Shown in pieces: positions 19,364 to 27,890 of a DNA stretch of 64,000 nucleotides. The notes under the pieces were generated by a model that was not told the origin of the DNA, did not search any database, and saw only the letters and a program-made list of their open reading frames with translations. How positions within the stretch are numbered: the first letter of the stretch is position 1; the number at the start of each line of letters is the position of its first letter. Source of the stretch: a virus. The position numbers and the translations under genes were made by a program. The stretch is taken from IMG/VR virus record IMGVR_UViG_3300020463_000007, positions 64,001 to 128,000 of that record; one strand, 5' to 3'.

Positions 19364-20092
19364 CTAGATAGCGAAAATTTTTAAAAAATGTTGCATTTCC
19401 ATTGTGTTATAATTGCTCAAAATATTTAGTTCGTCTGGAGAATAATTATCTATAGCTATTACTCTAGTGTAGTTTATACGCGGATGTTCTTTGATAGTTG
19501 TAGCAGTTTGTTTAAGCCAATTTCCATGATAAGTAGCTCCGTCTATTGATTTTTTATAGTTTTCTGTATCTGCATATATATTATTAAAGTGACTACCTCC
19601 GTCTTTACCTGTATAGTCAAAGCCTAATATAAAAATTTGCTGAGGTCCATGTTGACTAGCAAGCCATAAAGCAGTAGGACCACTACTCCATCCTTTGCTT
19701 GGTTGAAAGAAATTTAACTTTGACATATTATTATATGCTTTGTTTGGATTTGTCCAAACTTGATCATTACGCAATTGATATTTGTGTTTGTTAATTTCTA
19801 AAACCATTTTAACATCAACTGCAATTAAATAATCAGGATCGTATTCTCTATATATAGCATTACATCCATATACTTTGCCATAGTTTTTAATAACTTGTAG
19901 GTCAACAGGATGTCGACTTAATCCGTTGCCTAAAACAAAAGATGTTATATTGTTATTTAAATTTTGTATTGTTGGACGGGGTGGTAATTTATTAGCTTTG
20001 GCTGCTCTTTTTGCTGCTTTTTCTTGTTTAATTTTTTCTTTGAGCTTGCGCCATTGATCTTTTGTGTAATCAGCTTTGTTGGGTTTTGTCAT
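19364..20092 (-). CDS. Conserved phage protein with glycosyltransferase-like (Maf/DUF115, sialyltransferase-type) motifs
   Basis: FVLGNGLSR, YGCNAIYR, PDYLIAVD, WSSGPTA, IFILGFD. Confidence 0.55.
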   Translation of the reverse strand: MTKPNKADYTKDQWRKLKEKIKQEKAAKRAAKANKLPPRPTIQNLNNNITSFVLGNGLSRHPVDLQVIKNYGKVYGCNAIYREYDPDYLIAVDVKMVLEINKHKYQLRNDQVWTNPNKAYNNMSKLNFFQPSKGWSSGPTALWLASQHGPQQIFILGFDYTGKDGGSHFNNIYADTENYKKSIDGATYHGNWLKQTATTIKEHPRINYTRVIAIDNYSPDELNILSNYNTMEMQHFLKIFAI

Positions 20093-20097
20093 CTAGC

Positions 20098-20346
20098 TTA
20101 GACACCAGCTGCTGCCGCCTGAGCCGCTAAACCATACATTTGTCTAGTGATATTAAGCTCTTTATTTTTTTCTTTGATATGTGCTTCAGAACCTTTTCTT
20201 GCCCTGTTAATTTGTGTAAGAGTAAGTTTTGTTTTTCTTGTGTCGTCTGATTTTACAACAGATTGATCATACTGTGGTTCATAAGAATCATCTTGTATAG
20301 TATCAAGTGTGTCTTTGTCAAAATAAAATAATTCACGTAGTATCAT
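20098..20346 (-). CDS. Small head-module protein
   Basis: 82 aa directly after the portal gene; TATAAATA 5 nt upstream of the ATG. Confidence 0.75.
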   Translation of the reverse strand: MILRELFYFDKDTLDTIQDDSYEPQYDQSVVKSDDTRKTKLTLTQINRARKGSEAHIKEKNKELNITRQMYGLAAQAAAAGV

Positions 20347-20351
20347 GCTAG

Positions 20352-20359
20352 TATTTATA
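20352..20359 (-). promoter_or_regulatory. Late promoter (TATAAATA) overlapping the portal stop codon
   Basis: Exact consensus. Confidence 0.65.
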
Positions 20360-22097
20360 CCGTTTGGTCTGTTCCTGGAGGAGGTGTTCCGCCTGGTGTA
20401 TCTCCTGTTACTGTATCTGGTGGTGCTCCTGCTCCGCCATCTTCTGGTGCTGGTGTATCATCAAGAATATCTTCGGCTCCATCAATGTCTGCACTAATAC
20501 CTGCAGAACTGATACCAACACTTCTCATTTCGCCTGAAGAATCACCTGGAGGTGGTTGTAAGTTTTCATCATTCTCTTCTCTCCATAATCTTTCATTTTC
20601 TGCAATTTCTTCTTTACTAAATCCTAAAAATCTTTCTAGTGCAAATCTATTTGACACGTAAGGTATTGCACTCATCTGTGTAAATGTTGGGACTCTTGCA
20701 TTATCAAGTTCTGCTTGTCTATAACTTGCAAAATTTTGTGGCGGTTGAAATTTTAAATCAAACATTGATGTATCAATGTTAACACCTTTTTCTAATAAAA
20801 ATAATTTAAATTCTTTATCAAACGCTTGTGTAACAAGTCCTTGTAATCTTTCACAATACTTGTTAAATCTTAATTCTTGAATATATGCTGTGCCTACTCT
20901 TCCATCATTGTACGAACTAGTAGCATCATCTGCCCCGGTCGGTAAATATGAACTAGGAATTCGTAAGCCACGTACGAGCTTATTAGTAAAGTATCTGAGA
21001 TCATCGATCTCTCCTAGGTTTGTGCCTCCTGGTAATGTTTCTACTTTTGATCCTCTACCTTCAGCTGTTTGCGGAAAGAAATAATCTTCATTAATTGACA
21101 ACGGATTATAACTACTATCAATTACATTATTACCTCCGCCTGTTGAACTTGGTATTCTTCTTTGATGTATTTCTGTTTTTACACGCTCAACAAATTGCAT
21201 CGCAAGGTGCGTTGGCATGTTTCCTACGTCTACATAAAACACTCTTCGCTCTGGTGCTCTTTGTACTCTATAAATTATAATTGCATCTTCTAATAGTTCT
21301 TTTTGTTTATAAACTTTAAATATACCTTCTAAAAGTGAATTACCGAAAGGATAATTGTTATCAAGTCCTTCTGATAAACTTAAATGTACTATATGTTCAG
21401 CGTTAATTGCTACTTCACCTTCACCTTGCTGATATCTACTACCTGCTTGTTGAGGTGCATTACCAACCATACCTCTTACGCCGCCGCTTTGATATCCACT
21501 ACCTCCTCCTGTAATATTACCATTAGTAATATGCGGAGTTGTAGCTACCATATCTTTGAAGTTTAAATTCATATCACGTATGATATATTGCTCTGGTGTT
21601 TTGCCTTCAGATTCATTAACAATAATTCTTATTAATTTTGCAGGATCAACATGAAATAATTTTTTTGTTTCAGGATCTCTAATAAACAATTGATCGCCAA
21701 ACTTGAATACATTACGCATTATTCTAAACATACGTGTGTGAAAGTTTTGTAGATTACACCATTGTCTTAGATATTGTCCTAATATGCTTACTTCTGAATT
21801 AGTTGCTGATTTGTTAAACTCAAATCTAAAGTTAGTTGAATTTTCTTTGTTGGACTGTGAACAAAATTCTGCTAGTATATCTAAAGCCGCGTTGACTTCT
21901 GAATCATTGTCCATGGTATTATATTGTCCGTAGCGTTCAACACGATTAGGACTTCCAACATACACATCTGGTAGATATGAACTATAGTTTGTTCTAGCTG
22001 GTCCTGCTTGAGCACCGCCGCCTCTTGTAAATGGAGAATAGCTTCCGGTCATATTGTCACCGGTCTGTACTGGTGTAAAGTATTTTTTCCAACTCAT
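20355..22097 (-). CDS. gp20: Portal vertex protein (T4 gp20 family)
   Basis: LLEDAIIIYRVQRAPERRVFYVDVGNMP, EDYFFP, GRGSKVETLPGGTNLGEIDD, ELRFNKYCERLQ. Confidence 0.97.
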   Translation of the reverse strand: MSWKKYFTPVQTGDNMTGSYSPFTRGGGAQAGPARTNYSSYLPDVYVGSPNRVERYGQYNTMDNDSEVNAALDILAEFCSQSNKENSTNFRFEFNKSATNSEVSILGQYLRQWCNLQNFHTRMFRIMRNVFKFGDQLFIRDPETKKLFHVDPAKLIRIIVNESEGKTPEQYIIRDMNLNFKDMVATTPHITNGNITGGGSGYQSGGVRGMVGNAPQQAGSRYQQGEGEVAINAEHIVHLSLSEGLDNNYPFGNSLLEGIFKVYKQKELLEDAIIIYRVQRAPERRVFYVDVGNMPTHLAMQFVERVKTEIHQRRIPSSTGGGNNVIDSSYNPLSINEDYFFPQTAEGRGSKVETLPGGTNLGEIDDLRYFTNKLVRGLRIPSSYLPTGADDATSSYNDGRVGTAYIQELRFNKYCERLQGLVTQAFDKEFKLFLLEKGVNIDTSMFDLKFQPPQNFASYRQAELDNARVPTFTQMSAIPYVSNRFALERFLGFSKEEIAENERLWREENDENLQPPPGDSSGEMRSVGISSAGISADIDGAEDILDDTPAPEDGGAGAPPDTVTGDTPGGTPPPGTDQTV

Positions 22098-24316
22098 ATG
22101 TTTAATCCTCCTCGACTAAACACATTACCCATTGCTCCTAAATTTTTTGTAACCTTAGTCATATTTTTTTGTTCTACTAATTGGCTTCCTATACCAGAAG
22201 CTGTTTGTTCCATAGCATCTTTCATGCCTTTGAAAACTTCAGGATCAAGTACTGCTTTAATAGCTTCTACATTACCAGTACCAAATGTTTCCATAGCTTC
22301 TCTCAGTTGTGTTATACTTGTTTCAATACTTGGTCCTGCATTAGCCTGAGTTTCCGGACTACGCATAGTATTTACCGCACCTTGTATGTTTGCGTTAGAA
22401 GATATGGCTCTTGATCGATCAAGATCTTCTGGAGTTGGATAACCTCTTACCATACTTTCCATACTCATTGCAACATTACTAGCAGATTCTGCTCCACCTA
22501 ATCCACCTGCACTCTTCATCGCCGCTATTCCAGCATCTAATTGTTTGGCTTGTGCTTGAGTCATAACCAATTCATTACCATGTAGTATAGCTAAAGTGCC
22601 TTTGCCAAAATTTTCTGTTAGACTAGCAAACGAAGTAAAGCCTTTCATTGCTTGATCCATTCCAGGTGTACCAAACATACGTTTTTTTAAATTTTGATTT
22701 GTATTAACATCTAATGGATTTACTTCTGATTTAGCTGGTGGTACAGGAATCCTATCTGCACTTGGATTTACTATCGCGTTAGCCGCATTTAATGCATTTA
22801 TTAATTTAATAGTTTCTTCTCTAGAAAGACTTGTTACCTTTGATAAAGTCTCAATTTCAGTTTTTAATTTTACAAGTTCATTTGTATTTTCCTGTGTTGT
22901 TCCTGCTATCAGTTTTGCATCTATATCTGTCTTAACACCTTCAAGCACGCCAGGATCAACTGGTGGAGCTTCACCTGTAGTAATATAATCTTTCGCTGCT
23001 TGTAGAGGTTTCATAATTGTATCAGTCACAGGATCTATCAAATTAAAATCTGGACTCATTGCTCTTTGTGTTAAATCTTTAAACAGTGGTCCCATAAATT
23101 CTTGGTATACTTGTTTTGTTACGTCGGCTTGAACTTTAGTTGCGGCCCTAATCATTGCTTCTTGTCCTCGCAATGCAGATTGCAATACCATTTGTTCTGG
23201 GTCTTCACTTATCGCACCGCCCTTATCAACAAACCCTCCTTGTTTAATTTGCTCCGAAAGTGCTTTTTTACGCATCTCTTGGAATTGACCTTGCATTTGG
23301 CTAAGTGTTATTTCTCCACGCTCGTATTGTGCTTGAACACCAATCATTGCTTCAGAAGTTTTTGCATATGACTCTGCAACTGCGGCAGTCGCTGAGTTTG
23401 TTCCGCCTAGTATTGCAAGTTCTTTATTTGCTGATCTATCTTTGGCGGCTGCTGCTGCAAGTTGACTCTTAAGTGCATTATACTCTTCTGTACGTCCTGC
23501 ATCCTGAGCTGCCTTCATCTGTTTCATAATACCCATAGAGTTACTAAACATACCTGCAAGTTGTGCTTGGTCTTCGCTAGGAAATCCTCTAATCATCATG
23601 TCTTTGAACAAGTCGCCTATGCCACTAGCATCAGCTTCACTAGCTGCATTCATCATAGCTTTCTGCATGTTTGCTTCCATGCCCATAGTCTTGGCTCTAA
23701 AGTCACCTTGCCTCTGCAATGCCGCTTGCTCTTTCTTAAGAGCATCATTACTTTTACCTGTAAGTTTTGATAATAAATCTAAATCTTTTGCATATTCTGC
23801 TGTACGTTGTTGTATTAGTGCATCTGAAGCCGCATTTTGTTTACCAGACATCATAGCCATGCGTTGTGTCATCATCATGGCTTCGCCAATTTCTTCGTGT
23901 GTTAGGCCAATATTTCTAAGCTGTGTTCCAAATCTGTTGTTTTCAGAATTTAACTGCTTCATGTTTGAAAGAAACAGCGTTGCTCCGTGTTCAACAGTAC
24001 CACCAAATCCAGCTAGTAGTTCACTGTTACTGGCTACTAAACCAGTCATTTCTTTGATACTTAGGCCAGCTCCTGTTGCTGCGGTAAGCATTGATTCAAG
24101 ACTACCGCCAAAATGTACTCCGGATTTAGTTAAAACCTGGTATTGACTTACTTGTTTTTCAATCTCTTTGGCTACAGCGCCTGCTGCGCCGCCTGCAAAT
24201 TTAATATTTGAAGCGAAATCTGTTAAACTTGGTTTGGTTAAACCAAGTGATTTAGCCATACCTATAGCGGCATTAGTAGTTTCTTTTGCCGCTTTGTTTA
24301 CATCTTCTTCTGCCAT
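22094..24316 (-). CDS. Tail tape-measure-like protein
   Basis: 740 aa, Ala/Met/Gln-rich helical body; C-terminal FGT...NFG.GT.A.LHG.E.V motif typical of tape-measure proteins; divergent from the gp26-like gene. Confidence 0.65.
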   Translation of the reverse strand: MAEEDVNKAAKETTNAAIGMAKSLGLTKPSLTDFASNIKFAGGAAGAVAKEIEKQVSQYQVLTKSGVHFGGSLESMLTAATGAGLSIKEMTGLVASNSELLAGFGGTVEHGATLFLSNMKQLNSENNRFGTQLRNIGLTHEEIGEAMMMTQRMAMMSGKQNAASDALIQQRTAEYAKDLDLLSKLTGKSNDALKKEQAALQRQGDFRAKTMGMEANMQKAMMNAASEADASGIGDLFKDMMIRGFPSEDQAQLAGMFSNSMGIMKQMKAAQDAGRTEEYNALKSQLAAAAAKDRSANKELAILGGTNSATAAVAESYAKTSEAMIGVQAQYERGEITLSQMQGQFQEMRKKALSEQIKQGGFVDKGGAISEDPEQMVLQSALRGQEAMIRAATKVQADVTKQVYQEFMGPLFKDLTQRAMSPDFNLIDPVTDTIMKPLQAAKDYITTGEAPPVDPGVLEGVKTDIDAKLIAGTTQENTNELVKLKTEIETLSKVTSLSREETIKLINALNAANAIVNPSADRIPVPPAKSEVNPLDVNTNQNLKKRMFGTPGMDQAMKGFTSFASLTENFGKGTLAILHGNELVMTQAQAKQLDAGIAAMKSAGGLGGAESASNVAMSMESMVRGYPTPEDLDRSRAISSNANIQGAVNTMRSPETQANAGPSIETSITQLREAMETFGTGNVEAIKAVLDPEVFKGMKDAMEQTASGIGSQLVEQKNMTKVTKNLGAMGNVFSRGGLNI

Positions 24317-24343
24317 AATTCTAATTCCAAGGTTTTTTAGACC

Positions 24344-24370
24344 ATAAATATACTATATGAATATATTTAT
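24344..24370. promoter_or_regulatory. Two opposed late promoters
   Basis: ATAAATA on + at 24344-24350 (towards gp26) and ATAAATA on - at 24370-24364 (towards the tape-measure gene). Confidence 0.65.
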
Positions 24371-24382
24371 CAAGGAAAAAAC

Positions 24383-25207
24383 ATGCCGTCACCATTAACC
24401 AAATATCAGCGACAGCCTAAACAATCAATTGACCTTCCTAGCAAAGGAAGATGGTATAGTCAAGGATCTTTGGAAAAGTCTGAAGAACTAGAAGTCTTCA
24501 GTATGACAGCTAGTAACGAAATTGCAACTAAAACTCCTGATACATTACTCAGCGGAAACACTACAGTAGATATTATTAAAAGCTGTATACCAAGCATTAG
24601 AAATCCTTGGGAAATTCCAATGACAGATATCTATACAATTTTAGCTGCAATAAGAATGGCTAGTTACGGTGGCAACATAAATGCAAAAAATACTTGTACA
24701 GAATGCAGTGAGGAAAACAATTACGATATTGATATTCAAAATATGTTAGCTCACTTTGCAAAAGGCAACTTTGAAGATAGTGTTGTTATTGATAATATGA
24801 AATTTAGTTTGAGAGCTTTAACTTTTAGAGAGTTAAATGACATCAATAAACAAAATTTCAAACTCCAACGCACACTATTGCAAGCTGTACCAAATATTAC
24901 AGATGAAAATCAAAAAGCAGAAGAACAACAAAAAGTTTATGACGCACTTTCTGTGTTAAGAAAAAACACAGTTGTTTCATCTATTGCTAAGATTGAAGTT
25001 GATAATGAAGAAGAAACTGATCTAAACGAAATAGCAAAGTTCATAGAAAATGCTGACAAGGATTTTTTTGTAAAAGTTGAACAAGCTGTTATGCGTAACA
25101 ACGAGCAGTTTATTGTTCCTGAAACAGATATCGAATGTGCCAACTGTGGTCATAAGTCTAAGTTAAACATTGAGCTGGACTACTCAAATTTTTTCGCACA
25201 AGGCTAA
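24383..25207 (+). CDS. gp26: Baseplate hub/tail assembly protein (T4 gp26-like)
   Basis: I.LPS.G.WY, D...IL.AIR.ASYG, two CxxC motifs (CTEC, CANC), C-terminal NFF. Confidence 0.8.
   Translation: MPSPLTKYQRQPKQSIDLPSKGRWYSQGSLEKSEELEVFSMTASNEIATKTPDTLLSGNTTVDIIKSCIPSIRNPWEIPMTDIYTILAAIRMASYGGNINAKNTCTECSEENNYDIDIQNMLAHFAKGNFEDSVVIDNMKFSLRALTFRELNDINKQNFKLQRTLLQAVPNITDENQKAEEQQKVYDALSVLRKNTVVSSIAKIEVDNEEETDLNEIAKFIENADKDFFVKVEQAVMRNNEQFIVPETDIECANCGHKSKLNIELDYSNFFAQG
25186..25195 (+). other. Candidate -1 ribosomal frameshift site (A AAT TTT / T TTT TTC)
   Basis: In-frame X XXY YYZ heptamers a few codons before the gp26 stop; -1 frame open 25174-25428. Confidence 0.65.
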
Positions 25208-25428
25208 TTCAGACAAAAGATTCTGATCTCAAGAAATTAGCCGAAGATTACGAAGACGAGATCAAAGGTATAAAGCATCAAGTTTATCAGTTATGCTGGT
25301 ACATGCGTGGTGGTGTAGATTCTTATAAGTTGCTACACGATACTGATTTGGAAGATTTTGAAATAATGAATAAAATTGTTATGGATAATATTAAAAATTC
25401 CAAAGACACTGGTATGCCTTTAGTATAA
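25192..25428 (+). CDS. gp51-like frame, probably expressed as a frameshift extension of gp26
   Basis: Missing from the ORF track. FRTRLIQTKDSDLKKLAEDYEDEIKGIKHQVYQLCWYMRGGVDSYKLLHDTDLEDFEIMNKIVMDNIKNSKDTGMPLV*; fills the gap exactly up to the convergent stop at 25429; first ATG only at 25303. Confidence 0.65.
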   Translation, partial: FRTRLIQTKDSDLKKLAEDYEDEIKGIKHQVYQLCWYMRGGVDSYKLLHDTDLEDFEIMNKIVMDNIKNSKDTGMPLV

Positions 25429-26784
25429 TTATTGATTCCAAAAGTCGTCGTCTTTAGAAATATCTTTGAAAGCATCACTCGCAGAAGAACCACTACCTGG
25501 CGTTAGAGGATTAACTGGTTCCAACGGATTATCATCTTTGGCTTTAGCAAGATTATCACCTGAGGTAGTACCCAATCCTACTATAGACATAGCTTCTTCA
25601 TAACCAGTATCGCCTAAGGCTTTTATCATATGTTCAGTTACATCTTCTGCTGTTGAATATTTGCTAGTAAAAGGATCGTACGCAAATATAAAATCAGCCA
25701 TTGCATTTGCTAATTTTTCTGCAAACTTTGTATCAAACGCAGAATATACCAACCCTGCGGCTGCAAATCTACTTCCCCATTTTAGGCCAAATGTAACCCA
25801 TTTGCCAGGATTGAGAAATCGCACTATTGGCATTATTACTTTACTAGCTAGGCCTTTTTTCTTGGCCTTATCTACTATTGCGCCTTTGCGTTGTGCGTAG
25901 ATCCAAAATATTCCAGACGCTAAAGTGTTTATACCTACTGCACTCATCCAAGCAACCGATGCATTCACAGTAGTTGTTCGCAACCTTACCATGTCTGCAT
26001 TATATTCTGCTTGTCCGTAAAACTTATTTGGATCAGTTGGGTGTGGATAGCCTACTCTACCTCCTGTGTCAATAGTGTCTAAAGGATTGTCTGACAGTTC
26101 TCCACCCTTGCCCCAGTTCAATTTTGTTTTGTACCAGGCTTTGAGTCTTACAGCATTCACAACCAATGCAACCGGCATAAAGATATTGATCATTTGGAAA
26201 AGTCTTGCAGTAAAAATCTTACCTGCTCCTTTTTCAAGTCTATTCCATGTTGCTCCAGAACCTTTGATTAACTTTGCTTCTTCTTTTGCTATAACATTAT
26301 CTAGGAAGTTTCCTGACTTAGCAAACGCAGCTTTTGCAGTTGGATTGCCTTTGGCAATCTGTTTTTCCATAAACTGCATCTGCATAGTTTTTACCACAGC
26401 CGCTTTGTTACCAAAAGTTAATTTTTTATTTTTGATAGCTTTTTTAAGCATATCATCAGTAACCTGTGCTGAGTATTTAGGCTCGCCAAATTTCCATCTG
26501 CCTTTGACTTTGTCTTGTTGTGCCCATTTCATTTGTTTTTCGTCGTAGATATATCTCTTTTTACCATCTGTGATTGTTGTTTGGTCAGGTATATGCTTAC
26601 CAGTAGGTTTGTAATTTTTAATATCTAAATCATCAGCATAACTTTTAATTGCGTTGATTCCCTTGTCAAGACCATAAACTCCAACAGAGGTTGCAATAGC
26701 TCCAATTAGCAATGGGATTAAAGGTATTGCTTCATTTAATTGCTGTTTTTGGTGTTTATGCTGTATTATTTCCAGAACTTGCAT
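25429..26784 (-). CDS. Late protein with hydrophobic segments, possible internal/ejection protein
   Basis: 451 aa; late promoter; N-terminal ...QLNEA followed by a hydrophobic helix; several further apolar stretches. Confidence 0.7.
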   Translation of the reverse strand: MQVLEIIQHKHQKQQLNEAIPLIPLLIGAIATSVGVYGLDKGINAIKSYADDLDIKNYKPTGKHIPDQTTITDGKKRYIYDEKQMKWAQQDKVKGRWKFGEPKYSAQVTDDMLKKAIKNKKLTFGNKAAVVKTMQMQFMEKQIAKGNPTAKAAFAKSGNFLDNVIAKEEAKLIKGSGATWNRLEKGAGKIFTARLFQMINIFMPVALVVNAVRLKAWYKTKLNWGKGGELSDNPLDTIDTGGRVGYPHPTDPNKFYGQAEYNADMVRLRTTTVNASVAWMSAVGINTLASGIFWIYAQRKGAIVDKAKKKGLASKVIMPIVRFLNPGKWVTFGLKWGSRFAAAGLVYSAFDTKFAEKLANAMADFIFAYDPFTSKYSTAEDVTEHMIKALGDTGYEEAMSIVGLGTTSGDNLAKAKDDNPLEPVNPLTPGSGSSASDAFKDISKDDDFWNQ

Positions 26785-26814
26785 TGTAAAACCTTAAATT
26801 ATATTAACTAGTAG

Positions 26815-26843
26815 TATTTATGACCTGTTCAGGTATTTAAATA
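26815..26843. promoter_or_regulatory. Divergent late promoters
   Basis: ATAAATA on - at 26821-26815; TTAAATA on + at 26837-26843. Confidence 0.5.
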
Positions 26844-26850
26844 TTAGTTC

Positions 26851-27036
26851 ATGATTCAGAAATATAAAATATTAGACAATCTTGACAACGAAATTGATAT
26901 AGTTAACTCGATAGAAGAAGCTAATCAATATATTCAAATGTATAAAGACATAAATCCGCATTTAGAATTGCGATATGAATCATTTGAATATAGTACTGTT
27001 AAAAGTGGTTTCGGAAGAGATCCTGATTTGCATTAA
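26851..27036 (+). CDS. Small hypothetical protein
   Basis: 61 aa, phage-like AT-rich codon use, fills the gap, followed by a hairpin with T-rich tail. Confidence 0.65.
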   Translation: MIQKYKILDNLDNEIDIVNSIEEANQYIQMYKDINPHLELRYESFEYSTVKSGFGRDPDLH

Positions 27037-27055
27037 AGTAAGTAGTATATGTTTG

Positions 27056-27139
27056 AAATGAGCTAAAGCTCATTTTGTTTTCGCTAACGCTCAAACATTG
27101 TATTTAAAAAGCAATTTACGAAGTAAATTGTAATTGCTT
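27056..27139. terminator. Cluster of hairpins, probably convergent terminators
   Basis: AAATGAGC-TAAA-GCTCATTT (27056-27075) then TGTTTT on +; CAATTTAC-GAA-GTAAATTG (27112-27130) followed by CUUUUU on -. Confidence 0.55.
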
Positions 27140-27450
27140 CATGTAGATTGTTTCAGTCAGACGGAACCTAATCGCTGGTTCCATCTAATCTTGACACTTC
27201 ATGTGAGTTCGTCACAGCCGAGATTCGGAAGTAGGTGTTTGACTTTGCTACTGGGCTCTGACCTTTCCCAACCTACGTCGATATCACGAAAAAATTTGCA
27301 AAACCGCTTTACCGCTTCGCGGATTTCTTCGCTATCCCCTGCCTCGTTCCTAGTGCTAGGGGTTTTTGTAGCATACAGCCTGTTGAACGACACCAGAATC
27401 TGAACATAGGTCATATGTCCTCAAGGTGAGTCGAGCGTCCCGACTAATCA
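27106..27450 (-). ncRNA. Putative large pseudoknotted ncRNA (~345 nt) directly 3' of the GIY-YIG gene
   Basis: GC-rich (33/60 in 27301-27360); at least ten stems; G-U pairs favour the minus strand; two loop-mediated pseudoknots (UGACC/GGUCA, CCCC/GGGG); ends in a terminator-like hairpin. Confidence 0.7.
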
Positions 27451-27455
27451 GTGTT

Positions 27456-27890
27456 CTATAGTTTGCCTAAAGTGTTTTTTAGATGTTCTTTTAAGATTTT
27501 TGAACTGCCTACTCGTACATTAATGATTCCGTTATAGTATTCATCGGTCTCAAGTACTCTACGATCAAACTGTTCTTTTGCCTCTATGTAACTTAATACG
27601 CCTCTGCTTGGACAATAATGTAAAATTTCTCTAGTAAAGCTGTCTTTGCCTAGTTTAAGCACATCTGCATTCAAATGATCTGAAGATCCCCAATAGTCTC
27701 TCCAATCACTTTCTTTATATCCGCGCCTTTTATTAATCTTGCCTTTGAGTGGTGGCTTACTTGTCTTAAATTTTGCTAATTTTTTGCCTATGTACTTTCG
27801 ATTATTAGTGAGATTGGTTATTAAATATACAAAACCTTCGCAATCACTTGGTAATTCTTCTACTTCGTCTCCTCGATAAGTCCATTGCAT
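27456..27890 (-). CDS. Compact GIY-YIG family endonuclease
   Basis: GFVYLITN...KYIGKK, YWGSS, F.REIL, conserved E and YYN; no C-terminal DNA-binding extension. Confidence 0.85.
   Translation of the reverse strand: MQWTYRGDEVEELPSDCEGFVYLITNLTNNRKYIGKKLAKFKTSKPPLKGKINKRRGYKESDWRDYWGSSDHLNADVLKLGKDSFTREILHYCPSRGVLSYIEAKEQFDRRVLETDEYYNGIINVRVGSSKILKEHLKNTLGKL

Noticed and set aside
27137-27204. Mini CRISPR-like array from the ACATGAAG repeats
   Set aside because: Only two 8-nt copies and no cas genes; retained as part of the RNA element.
27134-27414. ORFs 27134-27403 (+) and 27199-27414 (-)
   Set aside because: Atypical composition and full overlap with the dense stem pattern. The minus ORF has GAGG only 4 nt before its ATG, so a small peptide is not fully excluded.
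27106-27890. Group I or II intron carrying the GIY-YIG gene
   Set aside because: No recognisable P7 core, no interrupted host gene or downstream exon. GGCUGUAUGC...GCAC resembles group II domain V only in its 5' half and cannot form the helix.
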